A stretch of DNA of 64,000 nucleotides from Mayamaea pseudoterrestris (taxonomy: Eukaryota), in NCBI GenBank assembly GCA_027923505.1, contig BROI01000005.1:372001-436000 (forward strand), given 5' to 3'. A program made the position numbers and the translations under genes. The notes beneath the pieces were generated by a model. That model was given only the letters and a program-made list of their open reading frames with translations. It had not been told where the DNA came from and did not search any database. Shown piece after piece: positions 25,179 to 36,979 of this stretch; position 1 is the stretch's first letter; each line of letters starts with the position of its first letter.

Positions 25179-25427
25179 TACAATACCGGTGCCCTTACAA
25201 CATTGGGACGATGCCTACCGTAGCATAGCTAAACCTTTAAAGCACACCTACCAACTCGTGACTCTTGTTAGAGCGTTTTTGAGCGCGAAGAATCTGCTTC
25301 CGCTGCATCATTCACGTCAAAAGGGCCATCGATCGCAGCGCGTCGAACCGAACAGCAAGCCGTTCCTTCCTTTCTTTCGCTCTCTCTCAATCGGACAACT
25401 TAATTAATATCGAAAGATCGAAAGAGC

Positions 25428-26369
25428 ATGACGATTGTTTACTCCCTCATTTCCGTCGGGCAGACAGTACTGGCCGAGTATGCGGCGTCGGCGAGTAAGT
25501 TTGATGCTTGTTGCTGCAGTGAGCGAGAGGCTTGTTCGCTGGTTCTTGATTGACATGCGCAGCAATCAACACGTTTCATTCAATTGAAAAATACCATCAC
25601 GAGAGTTTTTTCCGAAGAGTAAATCTAGCTCGCTTCATTTTTATTATGTCTAGCATGTATGCGCTGCTTGCTTGCTCCTTCCTATATTATTTTCATTTCA
25701 CTCTCTAACCCTCCCTATCATTATTACCCCCTTGTCCTCCCTTTATATTCAACAGCAACTGGAAACTTTGCAACGGTTACTCGCGTCCTTCTTGCCAAGA
25801 TTCCGTCGCAGGATGGTCGCATGACGTATCAATACGATTCCTACCAATTTCACTACGTTGTCGAGCAAGGCATTTGCTATTTGTGCATGTCAGACACTCT
25901 CAACAAACATCGCTTGCCCTATGCCTTTTTGAATGAAATGCGCGACTTGTTTCTGGCGCAGTATGGAAGCCAAGCTCCTCTTTCGGCCATGGCGTTTGCT
26001 TACAATCAGGAATTTTCACAAGTGTTGCAGGAACGCATGAATTACTACAATACCGACGAGGCGGAACGGTCCATTGACAATATTGGCGCTGTCAAGTCAC
26101 AGATTGATCAAGTCAAGGAGAATATGGTACAAAACATTTCTAGTTTGTTGGAACGAGGCGAGCGATTGGAACTATTGGTCGAACGAACCGATGGATTGAA
26201 CCAGCAAGCCTTTCGCTTTGAAAGTAGCAGTCGCTCTTTGAGACGATCCATGGTTTGGAGGAAGATGCGATGCTACATTACTGTTGGAGTTGCAGTTGTC
26301 TTTTTAATCATCATTGGCTCAGCAAGTCTTTGCGGCGGTGTCGATTTTCGTCATTGTCGTCGTGCATAG
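25428..26369 (+). CDS. VAMP7: VAMP7-like longin R-SNARE (intron 25495-25755)
   Basis: MTIVYSLIS..VLAEY spliced to TGNF.. (longin domain); SNARE motif VKENMVQNISSLLERGERLELLV; C-terminal transmembrane helix. Confidence 0.9.
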
Positions 26370-26593
26370 AGTAGGGACGAATTTGGGGATGAAGGTGGCG
26401 GAGACGAATGGTTCGAGCATTCGCAGGTTGGACACACTAGCTTGGGGTCCATAAATACTATATATATATTTGGCTTTCTTTAGTGATCCTATTAATTCAT
26501 TGTTTACTGCAGTGTATTTGTTTTGCTGTCAGCTGCCGGTAATCATCTCTAATAGCAATGCTTCCGTTTCTTAGCAACTACAAACTCTCAGAT

Positions 26594-28233
26594 TCATGCC
26601 ACAAAGTCGACATTGTATTCGCCCTTGAATCCCATGTCACTCTCGTCGAACCCGATTGTTGGAAATGAGCAGGAAAAGTCGCAAACTTCTCGACGCAAGG
26701 CGACCAACTCTGGATCGACAGACGGACCAACGGCGCAAAGCTCCTTGAATCCCTTTAGCTTCTTGCCTTGCTCGGTATCATTTTTTAATCGCAATGCAAT
26801 AGTAACGGCTCGATCAAAGAAGTGAGCCACCTTGGCGAAATCGTCTTCCAAAAAGCCTCTTGACGTTAGTGCTGGCGTGCCCATGCGGATACCACCTGGC
26901 ATTAGTGCAGATGTATCACCAGGAACTGTATTCTTGTTGGTGGCCATGCAGGCAAGTTCCAAAATTCGCTCCACGCGGGCGCCATCAATCTTGCGACTTG
27001 CCTTGACGTCAATCAGGACCAAGTGATTATCGGTTCCACCACTGACTAGTTGGTAGCCAAGCTTGGTCAATTCGTCCGCAAGGCGGGCGCAGTTCTTCAA
27101 TACTTGGTGCTGGTATTCCACAAACTCTGGCGTATTGGCCTGCTTCAAACAAGTGGCCAATGCACCAATCGTGTGGTTGTGTGGCCCGCCCTGCAAGCCA
27201 GGAAACACGGCAAAGTTAATCTTGTCTTCCAAGTCGTACATGATTGGTTTCTTCGTCTTGGCGTCGACGCTACGCTGTCCCTTGCGGTAGAAAATCATGG
27301 CGCCTCGCGGACCTCGCAGACTCTTGTGCGTCGTTGTTGTGACAACATCGGCGTGTGGAAAGCATGATGGAATGACTTGCGCCGAGATTAATCCGGAAAT
27401 GTGCGCCATGTCGTTCAACACGTAGGCTCCAACCGAGTCGGCAATCTCGCGAATGCGCTCATAGTCAATCAGTCGCGAGTAGGCCGACGCACCCGCAACA
27501 ATCAGCTTGGGACGAAAAAGTTCAGCGCTCTTGGCCATTTGATCATAGTCGATACGACCAGTGGTTTCGTCTAGTCGGTATGGCATGGATTCAAAGTAGC
27601 GCGAAACCATGGATATCTTTTTATTGGCTGTCTGATAGCCATGCGATAAATGACCTCCATGCGGAAGATCAAGTGAGAGAATGCGGTCATGAGTCTCGAG
27701 CAGCGCCGTGTAGACCTGCAATGATGGCAGTGTGAAGGCGTAAATGGGAAAGAGTCAGAATTGGCCTGTTAAGCAATCGTTAAATCTCTCAGACAGATGA
27801 TCACCCCTCCACGCTGACTCACCTGAAAGTTTGCCGGAGAGCCCGAAAGACTTTGAACATTAACACCCCATTCATTCGGATCCAAATGAAAGGCTTCCAA
27901 GGCTCGCTGCTGACACAAGAGTTCGACTTGGTCAATGTTTTCATTGCCGCCATAGTAGCGAGCGCCCGGATATCCTTCCGAGTACTTGTTCGACAAGACA
28001 CTACCAAGGGCATCCAAGACAGCCTTGGAGGTAAAGTTTTCACTCGCAATCAACACCAAACTGTTGCGCTGACGAGCCTTTTCTTGCTCAATGAGTTGCG
28101 AAAGTTGCGGATCCGTGTCCGCCAAGGAAGCATTCAGAGTGGTACTGCTAGTGCTGGAGGCAAATGAACGACTCAGTAAGCGACGACTCGTGCCGGCAAG
28201 AGCACTTGATCGAAGCATGGATGATATCAGCAT
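26594..28233 (-). CDS. SHMT: Serine hydroxymethyltransferase, mitochondrial-type (intron 27716-27822)
   Basis: [40 protein letters not shown] and [13 protein letters not shown] (PLP lysine); Arg/Ser-rich presequence. Confidence 0.96.
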
Positions 28234-28432
28234 GGTGGTGGTGCTTAATGGGAAAGGGCCTTGGAAATCGACGATGGATCGAGATGCAGAGGTTGGATGA
28301 TGCGAAAAGGCCGAATCACGACGAATTGAAAAATGTCAGAGCGGTAATTAACCAACGTCGTAATGGTACTTCTGCGACATGGAACGATGAGACGCGTCGA
28401 CCACAACCAAGAACAAAAACAATCGACCATCC

Positions 28433-29173
28433 ATGATGGCTGCTCGAACATGCCTTTCTACCGCCAACTTTCGGATGGCAACGCGTCTCGCTTCGCAAAG
28501 GGCAAATTTACACATTTCATCTTTACATGGATGTGACACTTTTTCGCGTTCTCCATCCCTGCCCATTTTCATCACACGCCACTGCCAGCAACAACAGGCG
28601 TTTCTTTCGACAACATCGCCGCCTTCTTCTTCCTTCTCCTTCAGTCCTCTTGAATGGTGGCGTGGTCGTCAAGAGCGCAATGAGGCTACCAAATACAAGG
28701 AGAGGCTCAATGACATGGCACAAAAGGAGAAATGGACGGTTGGTGACATGCAGAATGAACTAAAGGAAGTGGAAAAGAGCTGGCTGGCCAAGATTCAAGA
28801 CTCGGCGGAGATTCGACAAGCCAAGCAAATGAGTTTCACTGTCAATGGTATTGTCAGTGTCATGGGAGTTGACGCGACGGATGAACTATTGAGCAGCATG
28901 ACGCGGACGCAAAAGCTGCAGGCAGCGGCGCATACTGGCGTTGGAGTGGAACAAGTGAATATGCTCATTCAGCAGTTTCAAACCATGGGACTCATGCATC
29001 GAGTGTTGAGGCAGCGTCAGAGTTTGGGAAAGTCGATTCCGACGACTCCTGAAGCTATGCAAAGTATCATGCAGGTGGAAGGACCGAAACTGATGAATGC
29101 CGCGCACAAGAAGAGCATGGTGCAGACACAGCAAAAGAGAATGAAGCGGGCACTCGGTCAGAGGAGGCGGTAG
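28433..29173 (+). CDS. Probable mitochondrial protein with an SRP54/Ffh M-domain-like C-terminal region
   Basis: Arg/Ser-rich presequence; 'RTQKLQAAAHTGVGVEQVNMLIQQFQTM' resembles Ffh 'SR..RIA.GSG....EVN.LL.QF..M'; no GTPase domain. Confidence 0.55.
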   Translation: MMAARTCLSTANFRMATRLASQRANLHISSLHGCDTFSRSPSLPIFITRHCQQQQAFLSTTSPPSSSFSFSPLEWWRGRQERNEATKYKERLNDMAQKEKWTVGDMQNELKEVEKSWLAKIQDSAEIRQAKQMSFTVNGIVSVMGVDATDELLSSMTRTQKLQAAAHTGVGVEQVNMLIQQFQTMGLMHRVLRQRQSLGKSIPTTPEAMQSIMQVEGPKLMNAAHKKSMVQTQQKRMKRALGQRRR

Positions 29174-29354
29174 ATACGTGGCACTGAGGTGGAGAAAGGT
29201 AGTTTGTAGGGGGTAATAGCGCGGCGAGCAGAGGTTCTCCGTCCGCTTTGCGTTGCCAAGTGATTCATTTGTATCGTATACTCAACGCATAATTATAATA
29301 ATTACTGCCTTTCTATCGCATCCACATTCTTAACTATATGCCGCATCCAAACGT

Positions 29355-30140
29355 TTACTTCTTATTGCCGGTCGTTGGTAAAGTAAACTTCCCACCCTTT
29401 TTCTTGCTGAGAAAGTAGTAGTAGAAAAAGTCCACATAGAGCAGCGTCTGCAAGACTCCGCAAAAGTAAACCACCCAGTGATGCTGGTAATTCTTCTCCG
29501 TATGTGAGCGATAGATCCAATTCAATATATATAGCGCTCGATAGGCTCCCATGAAAAAGATGTAATTCCCAGTCAAGTTCTCCACCTCGCGGTATCGCTG
29601 CAGAACGACGAGTTGCGGCAAAATCGCGACAGCCTCCAAGAAGATGGAAAAAGTCCAAAGTAATTCAATAAACTTGAAGCTCTTGCTAAATCCATGACTG
29701 AGTACATAGGTAAGCAGCGCCAAAATGGAGCAGGGCGCCACCAGATATTTCCAATGCAAAAAGGAATCTTGTGCCTTGTCGTAGGTACTCTTGATTGGCT
29801 CCTGGAAGCGAATCATGTAAATGATTGCGGCAGTGGCGCTGATGTAAACCACCTTCATGACGGAATTGTAGATGGAATAAAAGGACGTGAACAAATCCAA
29901 GTAGCGAGTCAAAAAGACGACCAGAAAGAGTTCGTGCGTGCGAACCGAAATACCTGCAAGGGAACGAGCAGGAATGAGATATCAGCAAGTACGAGCAATT
30001 CACAAATACAAATATACTGCTATTTCATTTCTCTTTCGCTTACCCTGCGCATTCTTGGCGACCCGCAGTCGCAGCAACAGCACGATAATGCTGAAAAGGT
30101 GCGACATGTCGCCGGCTAAGCGGAAAATGTTCATGGACAT
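29355..30140 (-). CDS. ERD2: ER lumen protein-retaining (KDEL/HDEL) receptor (intron 29954-30043)
   Basis: MNIFRLAGDMSHL, GISVRTHE, TRYLDLF, WTFSIFLEAVAILPQL and YRALYILNWIYR. Confidence 0.95.
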
Positions 30141-30644
30141 TTTGCTGCTACCCTTTCGCTGCTGCTACAAGAAGGTAGTGAGCAAGCTAGATACAGCGAG
30201 TGATGTTGTATGTATTGCCGCTCTTTAAAACTCCGTATGACCAGCGGCGCGCAAGTGCCATTGTGAACCGCAACGGGTGTGCCGCGACGACCTTCCTAAC
30301 CGCTCGACTCATGACCTTGAAAACCGTTCGCTTACACGTGGATAGCTTTGATTCTGTCTAGGGGGCTCGGTTTATGGTTGTGGTTGTAAATGAATAGATG
30401 TAAATGAATAGTGTATTTGTCTACACTTAGTTTCACAGTGAGTATGGAATGCACGTCCATAAATAAATTTTTTCGCTGACGTAAGAAACATCCGTTGACG
30501 TTCGGCGTCGCTCACGATACTTTCGCTGAAAAATCGTGCCAACTGGAAACGAGCGGACTGGAAGAGGTGAAGAATCCTCAACGTTCCCTTCGATAGATAT
30601 ATGTATGTTGCCTCTCCACGCTTAACATCTTCGCTACAACCACA

Positions 30645-33339
30645 ATGCCGAGACGAGTTACTTCCACAAAAGCGAAGAGCAAAAAAGCAGCACGTATCGT
30701 ACAACAAAAGAACCAGCTTCTTGTACAGGAAAGACCCATGGTGATTCCCATGATGCAATCTTTTATCAACTTAGTAACCGGTCTCAATCACCAACAGAAC
30801 CACCGAGACACCCCATTGCCTGCAACCAACGAAGAGGTCGACTCCGGCAACCACGGAGACGAAACGGCCATTACGGAGAATCACACGGCGTCAAAGACAA
30901 CAACAACAATCTCAGACGCAACCCCACAAGAGACAGAGTCGGAGACAATGGATTCTGATCCTCAAGAAATGAATGAACTTGATTCCAATCAGTCAAATCT
31001 CGAGTCCAACCCCGACGAGGTTGACGACGACCATCAGTTCAATACTGACGAGGCTGAATACACGCCCGATGATGACGATGACGAGGATGATGATTACATC
31101 GATGCCGGAGTCTCTCATTCGCGTCGAAATCAATCCACAGGCCACACTTCCACATTAAAGGAGATATCGTCTCGGACACGGCCGACAAGAAGCTTAACTA
31201 CACCAAAAGGAATCAAAGCAGAAAGTAGCAATCCCTTATTCGAACTTGACTCGGAAGCAAATTTATCGGACAACCCGTCATACTTCGAACTCGAAGAGCA
31301 CGAACAGGAGATGCATCTGAGAGTTTTGGAAAAGCTCGAGGAAATCGAGTCTAGTCTTGGTGAAAATAACATTGAATCCATCCTGAAGCTCCCTGTGCCT
31401 GACAAATACGAGTCGTATTTTGCTCATGTCAAAAATACGAAATCACAATTCCAAACATTACGATCGGTCGCAACAACCACTGACTTCATCAACGAGTCAC
31501 AGAAACATATGTATTGGCACAATAAAATGATCGCGAACGAAGACTTCTACAAGGCCATATCCGGTCTTTTCGTGGCGTATGTCTTGTCATGCAACGACCT
31601 TGATGCGCCGCTTCTTGGAGTTGATAACGGAAATGATATATTGATGAAATATACACTAAAAGTCATTGGTAAGTGAATCGCTCTACAGTTTCTTCCTTGT
31701 TTTCTTTGCCCACTAACTCATGCTCATTTCCATCTTCTCGTCAGTCGCAGCAAAGGATAGTAAAGATTGCGATAATTTGATGTGCATGATTAACTATTGG
31801 GCAACTGAAGCAATCAAAGAAGGGTTGGAGATGGAGAGTGCAACCTGTATAATTCCCGACGCATATGAATTCGATCACAGCACGAACATTCTGGACCGAA
31901 AGGCTGATGTCATCCTGCGTATGCATTCATATGGAAACATTATGGCTCTGTTTTTATCGATCGCGAATATTGTACTTCTTGGCAACGAAGGAGCTGGAAA
32001 AGCCTTTGATGAATACACCAAACGTAACCAATGCTTTGTTCGTCGGTTCTTGACTGCTGCATTCAATCCTAAAAGCATCGACAACAAGAAATCATGGTAC
32101 TGTATGAAGCATCGTTCTTCAGCTCGCGCGATGTGCCACTTGGCATATGCGCCTATCTTGAAAGACGTAAGTGGAAAGCATGTCCTGTGCCGCGGTTCGT
32201 GTTAGGTCGTTATCTGACTGATCCATGACTGATCCACGTCTTCTCAGCCTCTTTTCAAAGACCCGTACAGTAACTTGGAAAGCCATTGCAAAAATAAACT
32301 GGAGTTTTGCAACTTGATCATCAAGACGGTGGCTCAATCGTTGATTGCGTCTTCTCTTTTTGCGAACGTTATAATTCATATCATGGGGTCGTCCTTCTCT
32401 CGTCAGCGTTGCAACCTTGTAATCGATCGCACCGGAAAAGAAGATTTACAATTCACAAAGGCGAAGCTTGATATTCTCAACAAGAAGGAGATTAACGAGG
32501 TTCGCCAGAAACAGATCCTTCAATTGTTCCAATGGTTGCAAAAGGAGTTTCCGGTGGCAGAGAAAGTAAGCGAACAAATCGCAACGGGGTTTGGTACGGA
32601 TTTGATTGTGTCGTTGCTTTTGCGTCAGTTCATAGCTCCAAAATCCACATTCTGTCAGTCACTGAAAGTTCTAAAAGAAGCGACGAAAGCATCATCTATC
32701 AATCGATCAAGTGCAAAGCGAAAATTCGAGCAATCAGATGCCGCGGAACCTGTCGGTGCAAAGACTGGTAATTGGGATCCACATAACGAGAACGTGAAAA
32801 CTGGTGGATCGTTCATGCAGGTATTCACTGAGGTGGCATTCAAGACACTGGCTGCCGTGTGCTCAGATTCGGAAGCCGAGGGTCTCGAAAAAGGTGGATT
32901 TAAAAAAATGGTCTATAATCACTTCAGGAATGATGGCGACAAGGAATATATGACCAAATGGATGAAGATGTTCTATAACTCAATGAAGGTTACCATCGAC
33001 ACTTTCAAAAGAAGCGCAGTATTCGACATGTTCACACGGTTGTTCGATTCAGCTCTGCAGCATTATGCCGACGGGGATTTGACCATGACACCCTCAATTC
33101 TATTCAGAATTGCAGCCAATTCTCTAAATGATGATGCTCGGATTACAGAAATCGAAGCAGAGTATGAAGCGGATCTGAAAGCTTGTAAGCGTTGCATTGA
33201 AAATTGCAAGGGCGATGTCAAAGAAACATTGACACTTGCGAAGAAGACTCCCCAGTTTTATATCAAGTTCTTCACCGACGACGACCCGGTCTATCATATG
33301 TTTTCAACATTCATTGATATTGGTCTGACACACATGTAA
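30645..33339 (+). CDS. Hypothetical ~845-aa cargo protein with an acidic disordered N-terminus; 3 exons (introns 31669-31744 and 32167-32247)
   Basis: Both GTAAGT..CAG introns with branch-point-like ctaac/ctgac join three ORFs in frame. Confidence 0.75.
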
Positions 33340-33510
33340 TAAACCGATGTATACACACGACAGAGCGAATATGAGGAGCGAGTGATGGTTGTGCCGATCC
33401 TATAGTCTATGTTCGAATTAAAGTGATAACTTATAATCATCGTTATCTTATATCTTCACTTTCTGTATAGACCGACATTACGTATCTCCAAGTCCAAGGT
33501 CTCTGGCAAA

Positions 33511-34236
33511 TCAATGCTCCGTTGGACGACCAAATATGCCACCCAACAATTCGGGGTAGGAGGTGGCGAAGTCATGGTTAAGGACCTCAAAGTCGTACAT
33601 GGATTTGATCAAGGCCTCGATGGTGTTATCCTGGAAAACTATAAATGGATATTTTGTAAGTATAAGATTAACACACCAAACATTGAACAAACAGGAAAAC
33701 TTACAATCATCAAGTGGTCGAACCCGATCTCTGGGACTGTAGTCCATCTTGCGAATGTTGGGAGGTGGATACTTGCTTGTCTTGTCGCCACGCAGGATTT
33801 CTTCCATGATTGCCATCGTCTCCATTCGCTCCGTTGGTGCAGGAGGTGCTTCAAATTTACGAACAAACACGGCTCTTGGGTATGCTTCCCCAGATGTGAC
33901 GTTCAACTGCAACATACTCTCGCTCGTTCCTGGAACACGACGGTTGAAAACCTTGAGATCGATTTCTTTTGCGCGTGCCGACAGCTTGTGCGGATTCTTG
34001 ATGCCATCCTTCAATGGAAAGTTATACGCGTCCTTTCGTTCCGTGCTATCTTCGTAGGTTATAATCTGCAACGCAAGATCAGGATGGACAGAGTGCGTTA
34101 CAAGTCTGGCTTCCGTTCCTTTTCCTTGTTTGACGTTGCTGCTGCGGGGCGGAGAAGCCCGGACCACTGGGGACGAATTCGCCTTGGTAGGGCTTTTGGT
34201 CTCCTCTTTACTCTTGGCAGGGGTCGTCTTGGTCAT
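33511..34236 (-). CDS. Hypothetical cargo protein (copy 1), probable in-frame 66-bp intron 33639-33704
   Basis: ORF conserved in both copies; SP/K-rich N-terminus; AT-rich gtaagt..atag segment whose removal gives ...LDDFFQDNT. Confidence 0.65.
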   Translation of the reverse strand: MTKTTPAKSKEETKSPTKANSSPVVRASPPRSSNVKQGKGTEARLVTHSVHPDLALQIITYEDSTERKDAYNFPLKDGIKNPHKLSARAKEIDLKVFNRRVPGTSESMLQLNVTSGEAYPRAVFVRKFEAPPAPTERMETMAIMEEILRGDKTSKYPPPNIRKMDYSPRDRVRPLDDCKFSCLFNVWCVNLILTKYPFIVFQDNTIEALIKSMYDFEVLNHDFATSYPELLGGIFGRPTEH

Positions 34237-34258
34237 GTTTCAGGATTGATTTTATGAG

Positions 34259-35265
34259 ATGTTTCCTCGCAACTTGCTGTACTTACATCACCAATTTAAT
34301 CAATATTCGGCCTCCAAATATTCAGTGCAAGACTCGACAACATATACGGATCTTAACTTTCGTCGACCTGTTCGGTAATCGTACATCCGTTTACTAACCG
34401 ACTCAGAAATATAAGACCAAAACAACGTTCTACAACACTCAACGGATCTACGAATTTTTCGTTTGGGAAAACGACTCGGACGATTTTGACCAAAGAGAAT
34501 TCACAACTGTGGAAAAATAACTTCAACGGTTCCCCGGCGCGAATTAAATGGAATCAGCTTTCGCACGGAAGCCTCACAATATCACGGTCAAACACGATAA
34601 CTTGATGGACATGAACCCACATAAACTGCAAGGATGTACAACAAGAACAGTAGATGACGTACTCATTCGAGAAATATACTTTCGCATGAAACTTTCGTCC
34701 AAAGTCATCATCGAATATATCGTTACAAATCGGAACGCAACTCACATGAATACCGCATTGCTGCAAAGTTTCACGGGTGCAATCATATACGAGACGTGCA
34801 TCGCAGCAGATTTGCTAGGAGTCAACCTTTTGATTATGGCGAAAGATAAGTCGGACTTAAATTCCAGAAAATATCCGGAAATGACTAACATTGCCCCGCA
34901 CCGAATAGACAAGTACACTACGCTTTCATGCGCAACGGGAATCACAGCGGACACATGTCCTGATGGAGCGTATCAAGACTGCATTCGACAACCTTTCTCG
35001 AGCAACTCAACTTACGTCCATAGCATCGTAGACGAACTGACCCAAATATCAACAACCTTTGCCGAAAAATGAGGCTTCCTCAAGTTTGATACGGTTGCGA
35101 ATTTAGTCATTGCAATTGACAACGAGGTTGCAGAATTCGCAGACTGCTTCAACTGGTTACCCGACAACGCATCGTCCAAGTTATACTCTATGGACCACAT
35201 TATCAAAGCCGGATATGAATTGGCTGACATTATGTTGCTTACTGTACGCTTGCTAAACAGATAGA
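34259..35265 (+). pseudogene. Hypothetical ~330-aa cargo gene (copy 1), with frameshifts and a TGA where copy 2 has CGA
   Basis: Comparison with 43655-44654; stop at 35070-35072. Confidence 0.5.
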
Positions 35266-35897
35266 TAAACAGATATCAAGTCAACAGCACTAACGTTACA
35301 TCACTAGTCTTTTCGAATTATCCAAGGTGGTGAATAAGAACAGAACATGGCGATTTCGTCAATATTCTCGTATTCCAACGACCGCCATTCGAATATTCAC
35401 CTGGGTCCTGAATCTGTGTTTCTATCTCTAGCACCGGTGTGTTGTGGCCCTGTGTTTCTATTTCAAGCGTCCCTGTGCTGGGTGAAGGTTCTTCCAGACC
35501 AATGGACATGACGGCATCCAATACATCCGCTTTTCGTTTCATATAATGAGTCTGCGAACGGATCAACTATAGATTCTTCTTGAATGACCGTTACAATTGG
35601 ACGGAAACGAGATGGCTTGAGTTCTGCTTGTATATTATTAGAACACGACGATCGAGCGTTCCAACCAGAACGAGTTTATCCTCTTCCCCATGCCACAATT
35701 GGTGGGGGCGTACCGTTGAATGACATTTCCGTCATCGGCGAAAAAGAATAACAGCCCTGTTCAACAAACTGGAATTTCGGACGCTCGAACGCCTTCCAAG
35801 CCTACCATTCCACTCTCGTTGTCATCGAATATTCGTCTTCTATGCTTGAACAATATTTTAACTCTTGTCGCTACATCAAACAATACAATTCGAAATA

Positions 35898-36273
35898 ATG
35901 AATGACTTTGGCATCTGCCATTGTTCAATGACAGAGAGACAGCGCTCGATGGTAAATTCCTCGCGAACACGAATTTTGCATCCGTTGCATTCGAAAATGG
36001 AGCGAGACAGAGGCAAAGAAGAAACAATGTCCTCGTTGTCCATTATGTCGGAGATGGTACACGATAATAATCAAGTGCAAGGAATTGTCGAACCGCGAAC
36101 TATTCACAATAAGAGTTTCTTAGAGCAACCGCCGGCAAATACAGAATAGATACTCTTGTTGCTACTATCTTTGTATCATAGCGTCTTTACAATATGTCCA
36201 GGGCGTGTCGCGCGCGTATACTTACAAAGTTGGGCTTGCATATGCGTAGAAACGAGATTTCATCAACGCCTAA
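35898..36273 (+). pseudogene. RING-finger gene copy 1, frameshifted
   Basis: Duplicate of 45290-45666 with indels and a Cys-to-Phe change in the first ligand. Confidence 0.55.
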
Positions 36274-36979
36274 CTCGAGCGAATCACTATCCGAGATTAA
36301 ACGTTCCAACGGCTCGAGAAAAGCGCACGATTATCCAAACCTTCCGGACGTCGATGAGTCAATTGTCGGCGTGGCGTTCAGACAAATACTACCTATTATT
36401 CGTTGGTGCAGATGAATCGCGACTGATGCCTTTGCCTGCCGGCTGCGGAACTTTGTGGTGGATAAGGCTGGCATGTATGCGGTAACCAAGTTATGGTCAC
36501 AAGTTGAAAATAGCCAACGAAGCGATAATGTCAATGCATACAAGTATGTGTCAAGTGTCAAGTTATCGAACCTAAGAAAATCGACCTTCAATATAAACGG
36601 AGTTGGCGAATTCGACCGTTGAGTTTTCTCCAAATGAGGAAATCATGCCTTTGGATATAAACTAATCGTCAATTGTACTCCTTCAGGAACCGACAGCTAT
36701 GTAACGAGGCAATTACGATTGTCCATAAAAATCTAATCGCCTGTAAATCCCAGACAAACAAACAACACTTACACCTGAAGACGGTTGATACCTGTTTCAT
36801 ACCACGATTACTTGCGACATTTAACGGTTACGATGTGGATCTTGTACCAAGCTCCACCCGCAGTTCACACTAGCTGTAAGTCATTCGCCGATATTGTTGA
36901 CTGATATAGAAGCCTTATAATTGGTGAACAATAATGATGATTGAAGTGACAAAACAGGCAACAACAGATTAGAAGTGGC

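Noticed and set aside
30358..30361. CTAG as the minus-strand Helitron 3' terminus at the left island border
   Set aside because: No adjacent hairpin and the flanking base does not fit the AT target rule
33514..34257. 247-aa plus-strand ORF (and its copy at 42910-43653)
   Set aside because: Antisense shadow of the minus-strand gene, which has an ATG start, a plausible composition and an intron signal
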